Under the pieces are notes generated by a model. That model searched no databases, was not told where the DNA came from, and was given only the letters and a program-made list of their open reading frames with translations. The translations under genes were made by a program, and so were the position numbers. Below are positions 60,003 to 64,000 of a stretch of DNA of 64,000 bases, in pieces. Source of the stretch: Microcoleus sp. (GTDB lineage: Bacteria; Cyanobacteriota; Cyanobacteriia; Cyanobacteriales; Microcoleaceae); contig JAYFMW010000017.1 in NCBI GenBank assembly GCA_042408215.1, forward strand, positions 384,001-448,000, in the 5' to 3' direction. Position 1 is the first letter of the stretch; every line of letters starts with the position of its first letter.

Positions 60003-60725
60003 CTACTGATCAGAAGGTGTGCGCGTTTCAGAGGGAGAATTTAAAATATTTAACAAAACTTTCCTGTAGATATCTAAACCTTTTGCATTCAGGTGAACGC
60101 CGTCAATTGTTAAATCTTCGTTGAGTGCTTGTTCCTTAAATAATGCTTGTATTCCTCGATATTCAACAGGAACTTTTTCAGAATTAGCTACTCGATCGAT
60201 CAGAACATTAATTTCGTCAACTCTAGCAATTGTTCCTGCTGATTGAGGATTGTAGCTGGCGGCAACAGTTGAGTAAAAACTAGGAATAAGAATGATTTGT
60301 TTAGTACCAGTCGATCGCATAATTGCGATCGCCTCTTTCAAATTACTGACAAACTGCTCATCGCTAATGCCGTACATAGCATCATTTGTGCCGATCGCAA
60401 TAATAGATTTTTCGCACTGAAAACCCTTTGGTACTACAAGCTTAAGCTGTTCGAGCAGCGAAACTGAGCTCATCCCGCCGATCGCAAAATTAAAATTTTG
60501 TTCACCCAAAGAAGCTCCCAGAGCCGAGGAAATAGAATCGCCCCACACGCACCCTTGATAATGCTGATCTTGAATTTGTTGTACCTGATTGTATACAGCA
60601 ACTTGCCACCACAGGGCCGAGCTCACAGTATCACCCGCAGGTTGCGGATTAGCTAGAGTCCGAAAGGGGATGTACGCACACAACAACGCCAACAAGACGG
60701 AGATTAACCTAAATTTAACTTTCAT
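60003..60725 (-). CDS. SGNH/GDSL hydrolase
   Basis: WGDSIS, IGG, IGTND, DGVHLN blocks. Confidence 0.9.
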   Translation of the reverse strand: MKVKFRLISVLLALLCAYIPFRTLANPQPAGDTVSSALWWQVAVYNQVQQIQDQHYQGCVWGDSISSALGASLGEQNFNFAIGGMSSVSLLEQLKLVVPKGFQCEKSIIAIGTNDAMYGISDEQFVSNLKEAIAIMRSTGTKQIILIPSFYSTVAASYNPQSAGTIARVDEINVLIDRVANSEKVPVEYRGIQALFKEQALNEDLTIDGVHLNAKGLDIYRKVLLNILNSPSETRTPSDQ

Positions 60726-60866
60726 AAAACTTGCTTCAATTGGCTGCTACTTGAGTTTATGGTATTGCTTTAACAAGCAGTCAGGATTTATGCAAATTTC
60801 AAGAAATTGCGATCGCCAACAACAAGTCAAGTCCGAGTTGTAGTGACATTTTTTCAGGACAATTAA

Positions 60867-61694
60867 TCAACCTTTCGCCCCCAACAATTCCGGCTGCAAA
60901 ACCTGATTTAATTTGCCGCTGCGAAACCCCTCCAAATCCAAAGTCGCGTAAACAAAACCCAACTCCTGAAACGCCCCCACCAATGCAGGCAAATCCGCCT
61001 TTAACACAAACTCCTTAATCTCCTGGGCTGGTAACTCAATGCGCGCCGTGTCTCCATCCGATCGCACTCGCAGATTTTTCAGTCCCAACTGCCGCAAATA
61101 TCGTTCAGCGCGCCCCACTCTTTGCAACTTTCCCACGGTGATTTCTTCACCGTAGGGAAAGCGCGAACTCAAACAAGGCTGAGCCGGTTTGTCCCACCAA
61201 GGCAAACCTAATTCTTTGGCTAATTGCCGCACTTCCAATTTAGTAATTCCTACTTCTGCTAAAGGCGATCGCGCGCCCCGTTCCTTCGCCGCCTGAATCC
61301 CCGGACGATAATCCTTTAAATCATCAGCATTCACCCCATCCACCACATAAGGATAACCCTTTTCGAGTGCTAGCGGTTTCAAAGTATCATGCAGTTCGCT
61401 TTTGCAGAAATAGCAGCGATTAACCGGGTTAGAAGTGTAATTAGGATTTGCCATTTCCTGAGTTTCTACTTCCTCGTGAACAATACCAATTTCTGCTGCT
61501 TGAATCCGCGCATCTTCTAAATCTTCTGGTAATAAAGACGGGGAAACTGCTGTCACGGCCAAAGCGCGATCGCCCAAAACGTCAAAAGCAATTTTTGCCA
61601 CCAAAGTGCTGTCAATGCCGCCAGAGTAGGCAATCAGCGCCCGATCCATCTGTGCGAACAGAGTTTTTAATTTTTCGAGTTTTTCGACTAACAT
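60867..61694 (-). CDS. larE: ATP-dependent sacrificial sulfur transferase LarE family
   Basis: AYSGGIDS, NRCYFCK, DYRPG, PCLSSRFPYG, DLEGFRSG. Confidence 0.93.
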   Translation of the reverse strand: MLVEKLEKLKTLFAQMDRALIAYSGGIDSTLVAKIAFDVLGDRALAVTAVSPSLLPEDLEDARIQAAEIGIVHEEVETQEMANPNYTSNPVNRCYFCKSELHDTLKPLALEKGYPYVVDGVNADDLKDYRPGIQAAKERGARSPLAEVGITKLEVRQLAKELGLPWWDKPAQPCLSSRFPYGEEITVGKLQRVGRAERYLRQLGLKNLRVRSDGDTARIELPAQEIKEFVLKADLPALVGAFQELGFVYATLDLEGFRSGKLNQVLQPELLGAKG

Positions 61695-61714
61695 GATTTC
61701 AACTTTTTTTACTG

Positions 61715-62515
61715 TTATTCTGGATCGATACCGAGGGCGGCCAATCGCGCCAAAAGTTCTTGATTGCGCTGTCTTTCCTGTTCCAGTAGAGTCTGGGCTG
61801 ACTCTTTATCTTGCTGTTCTCGATCGGCCCGCTGGCTTTCTGCTTCAGCCCGCAGGCGTTGATTCTCCGCGCGTTCTTCCGGCCACAAAAGCAACTCCCC
61901 AGCCATATTCCACCAGCGCAGCCAATATCCCGTTCTACCTTCGCGAGTTCCCAGCCAAACTCCCAAAAATAGATCTAATCCAGGTATTAAATAACGCTCG
62001 TTTTCATCAGGGTTTTGATTGTCATAGCGCTCGGATTCTAGCGCATAAACTTCTATTCTGCCTGTATGCGGTCGAAAAATGACATAGCGGGGAACTTTGA
62101 TTACTTGTTCGTAAAAAAACCACTTGCCGATTTCTTCTGTGTGTTCGACAGAGTATTCATCGCCGTAAGTAGCTGACAGAAATTCCATCACTACAAAAGG
62201 CACTGTTCCTTCGGTATGAGGAGTATAACTGCGACGCGGATAGCTGTGAGGCCAAGGTTGAACGGGGCGCACGTACATCCAGTCTGGGGCTTTGCAAATA
62301 GTTCGATCGTCCACAGCCGCGCACAAAGCAAAATTAGAAACGATCAGTGCGTCTTGCATTACTTCGGGGGAAGCAACTAAAGACTGGCGCAAACCATTAG
62401 CGATTAAGGGATGGTCTATATCGTCTACAGGGTCATCTGGTAGGATAAAATCATCTGGTAGCAGTGGCCAAGTAATCTTTAGCTCAGAGAGCGGTTTGTG
62501 AATTATCGTAGTCAT
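61715..62515 (-). CDS. Uma2 family endonuclease-like protein
   Basis: LPDDPVD, KAPDWMYV, VVMEFLS, WLRWW, C-terminal coiled coil ending LGIDPE. Confidence 0.9.
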   Translation of the reverse strand: MTTIIHKPLSELKITWPLLPDDFILPDDPVDDIDHPLIANGLRQSLVASPEVMQDALIVSNFALCAAVDDRTICKAPDWMYVRPVQPWPHSYPRRSYTPHTEGTVPFVVMEFLSATYGDEYSVEHTEEIGKWFFYEQVIKVPRYVIFRPHTGRIEVYALESERYDNQNPDENERYLIPGLDLFLGVWLGTREGRTGYWLRWWNMAGELLLWPEERAENQRLRAEAESQRADREQQDKESAQTLLEQERQRNQELLARLAALGIDPE

Positions 62516-62609
62516 AAGTCACCTAATTTTACCAATAAAAGTGTAAGTTTTAATCTCGATTGTCGATGGATCAATACGCTTGGGTTAAAACAGTTTATTC
62601 CTCGGAAAA

Positions 62610-62695
62610 CCCCTAAATCCCCCTTAAGAATGGGAGTAGGGGTTGACTTTGAGTAAGTTCTTTTCCCCCCTTGGGAAGGGGGGTTAGGGGGGATC
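62610..62695. repeat. C/G-rich palindromic short dispersed repeat
   Basis: CCCCTAAATCCCCCTTAAGAA...CCCCCCTTGGGAAGGGGGGTTAGGGGGGATC. Confidence 0.8.
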
Positions 62696-62794
62696 TGGCT
62701 TAACTGAATCCGATTGGGCGATCGATCGCCTTGTCTATATCTTAGCCTGCTAATTCAATTTTACTGCACTCGTTTAAGGTGCAAAATGCCGATT

Positions 62795-63568
62795 TTAAAA
62801 CTCCCGGCGGGAAAATATAGCGATCGAAATTGACAGCAGCAACACCCCATACAGCAAACCATAGCCAGCATTTGTAATCAGAGCAGCCAAATAAGGCACT
62901 TGTCCGTAAACAGCATCATTTCTCAAATTAAATCGCGCCAAATCGGGCAAAACCAGATAAAGTCCCATCATCAATTGTTCAAGGCCAGGATTTTTAGTTA
63001 ACTTACCCAAAGCCACTAAATCTCGCGTCGAATGTCCCACCAAATAAACGCCAAATGTCAGTAAAGTTGCCAGCAGCGAACTGGTAAACACTCCAAATAA
63101 AATCCCTATAGCAGTCACCAAAGACAGCTCGAACCAGATGAATAATGAAGCTATTAAAATGCTTTGTAAAGGGTAAGGAATGCGACTCAAACTCAAAATC
63201 GCCAGATAAATAACAGTCATTGCCGCGACAAGTACGCCCAGCACTGCCGACAACCCTAAATGCTTGCCAACAATTAACTCAGCGCGACTTATCGGTTTAG
63301 CTACCAACAGGTAAACAGTCCGTTTTTCAATTTCTTTGTTAACCAATCCGGTAGACACAAAGACAGTGACAATTATACCGAGGATGCTAATAGCAGCCAA
63401 ACCGATATCTAAGATAATTTTTTTCTCTGTTGTCGCCGCCAATTCCGGTATCAACCGCACCACAGCTCCCATCAACAGAGCAAAAACAATAATTAAGTAC
63501 AGGATGCGATCGCGAATTACTTCCCAGAATACATTAATCGCAACAGTCAAGATTCTTCTCAAATTCAT
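62795..63568 (-). CDS. ABC-2 type transporter permease
   Basis: Six TM segments; [28 protein letters not shown]. Confidence 0.88.
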   Translation of the reverse strand: MNLRRILTVAINVFWEVIRDRILYLIIVFALLMGAVVRLIPELAATTEKKIILDIGLAAISILGIIVTVFVSTGLVNKEIEKRTVYLLVAKPISRAELIVGKHLGLSAVLGVLVAAMTVIYLAILSLSRIPYPLQSILIASLFIWFELSLVTAIGILFGVFTSSLLATLLTFGVYLVGHSTRDLVALGKLTKNPGLEQLMMGLYLVLPDLARFNLRNDAVYGQVPYLAALITNAGYGLLYGVLLLSISIAIFSRREF

Positions 63569-63820
63569 TTGGTAATTGGGAATGGGGAATGGGGAATGGG
63601 GAATGGGGAATGGGGAATTGGGAATGGGGAATTGGGAATGGGGAATTGGGAATGGGGAATGGGGAATGGGGAATCGGGAATGGGGAATGGGGAATGGGGA
63701 ATGGGGAATGGGGAATCGGGAATTGGGAATTGGGAATGGGGAATGGGGAATTGGGAATGGGGAATGGGGAATGGGGGAATGGGGAATGGGGGAGTTGGGA
63801 ATTGGGAATTGGGAATTGGT
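63569..63820. repeat. STRR array (GGGAATG/GGGAATT) x ~35
   Basis: Tandem heptamers directly upstream of the permease start. Confidence 0.95.
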
Positions 63821-64000
63821 AAATGACAGAAACTAACAGCAGAATCATTTCCTGCTGTAAGGTTTACATTTAGCAGCCAAAAGCAGAATCAAACTTGAGT
63901 CTCTCCCGGAGTTCCATCTTTTTTCAGCCCTGGCTTAGAGCGTTTGATAGCATTGCAGTCTATAGTAGCTGCATTGCCTATATTGATCACCTCGCAAGAT

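Noticed and set aside
906..62501. Numerous 60-170-aa ORFs overlapping long genes on the opposite strand or in another frame
   Set aside because: Shadow ORFs of well-supported genes, with no motifs or independent signals.
63534..63848. ORFs reading MGNGEWG.../FPIPHSP...
   Set aside because: Translations of the GGGAATG heptamer array, open in several frames; not credible genes.
1..64000. tRNA or rRNA genes
   Set aside because: No cloverleaf or rRNA-like sequence recognised by eye; tRNAscan-SE was not run.

Overview
Chromosomal window from a filamentous cyanobacterium, probably Oscillatoriales/Microcoleaceae-like (inferred from dense HIP1 GCGATCGC sites, heptamer STRR arrays and cyanobacteriochrome GAF domains). 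Housekeeping genes: pdhB (partial), secD, secF, a YebC-family gene, sbcC, ribD and larE. A ~20 kb light-signalling cluster (4.2-23.8 kb) encodes an RcaC-like multidomain regulator, a two-colour cyanobacteriochrome kinase, duplicated CheY-like regulators, a CHASE/multi-PAS kinase, a biliverdin-type phytochrome and a REC-GGDEF protein. IS200/IS605 OMEGA elements have invaded the cluster: (i) a 462-bp protein-free element with both ends, a candidate internal promoter, an extra structured segment and a TnpB-type omegaRNA; (ii) a complete IscB element whose PLMP N-terminus is cut off by a 4-nt deletion; (iii) an orphan left end. A further TnpB-type right end lies at 46.1-46.4 kb. Also present: a LOV kinase next to a CHASE adenylate cyclase, two toxin-antitoxin loci (one toxin frameshifted), a split photolyase-like gene pair, a Wza-like exporter, many nested MITE/REP/short repeats and a ~950-bp mirror-image STRR array. 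No rRNA, tRNA or CRISPR array was found. All calls come from reading the sequence and ORF track by eye; no database searches were run.
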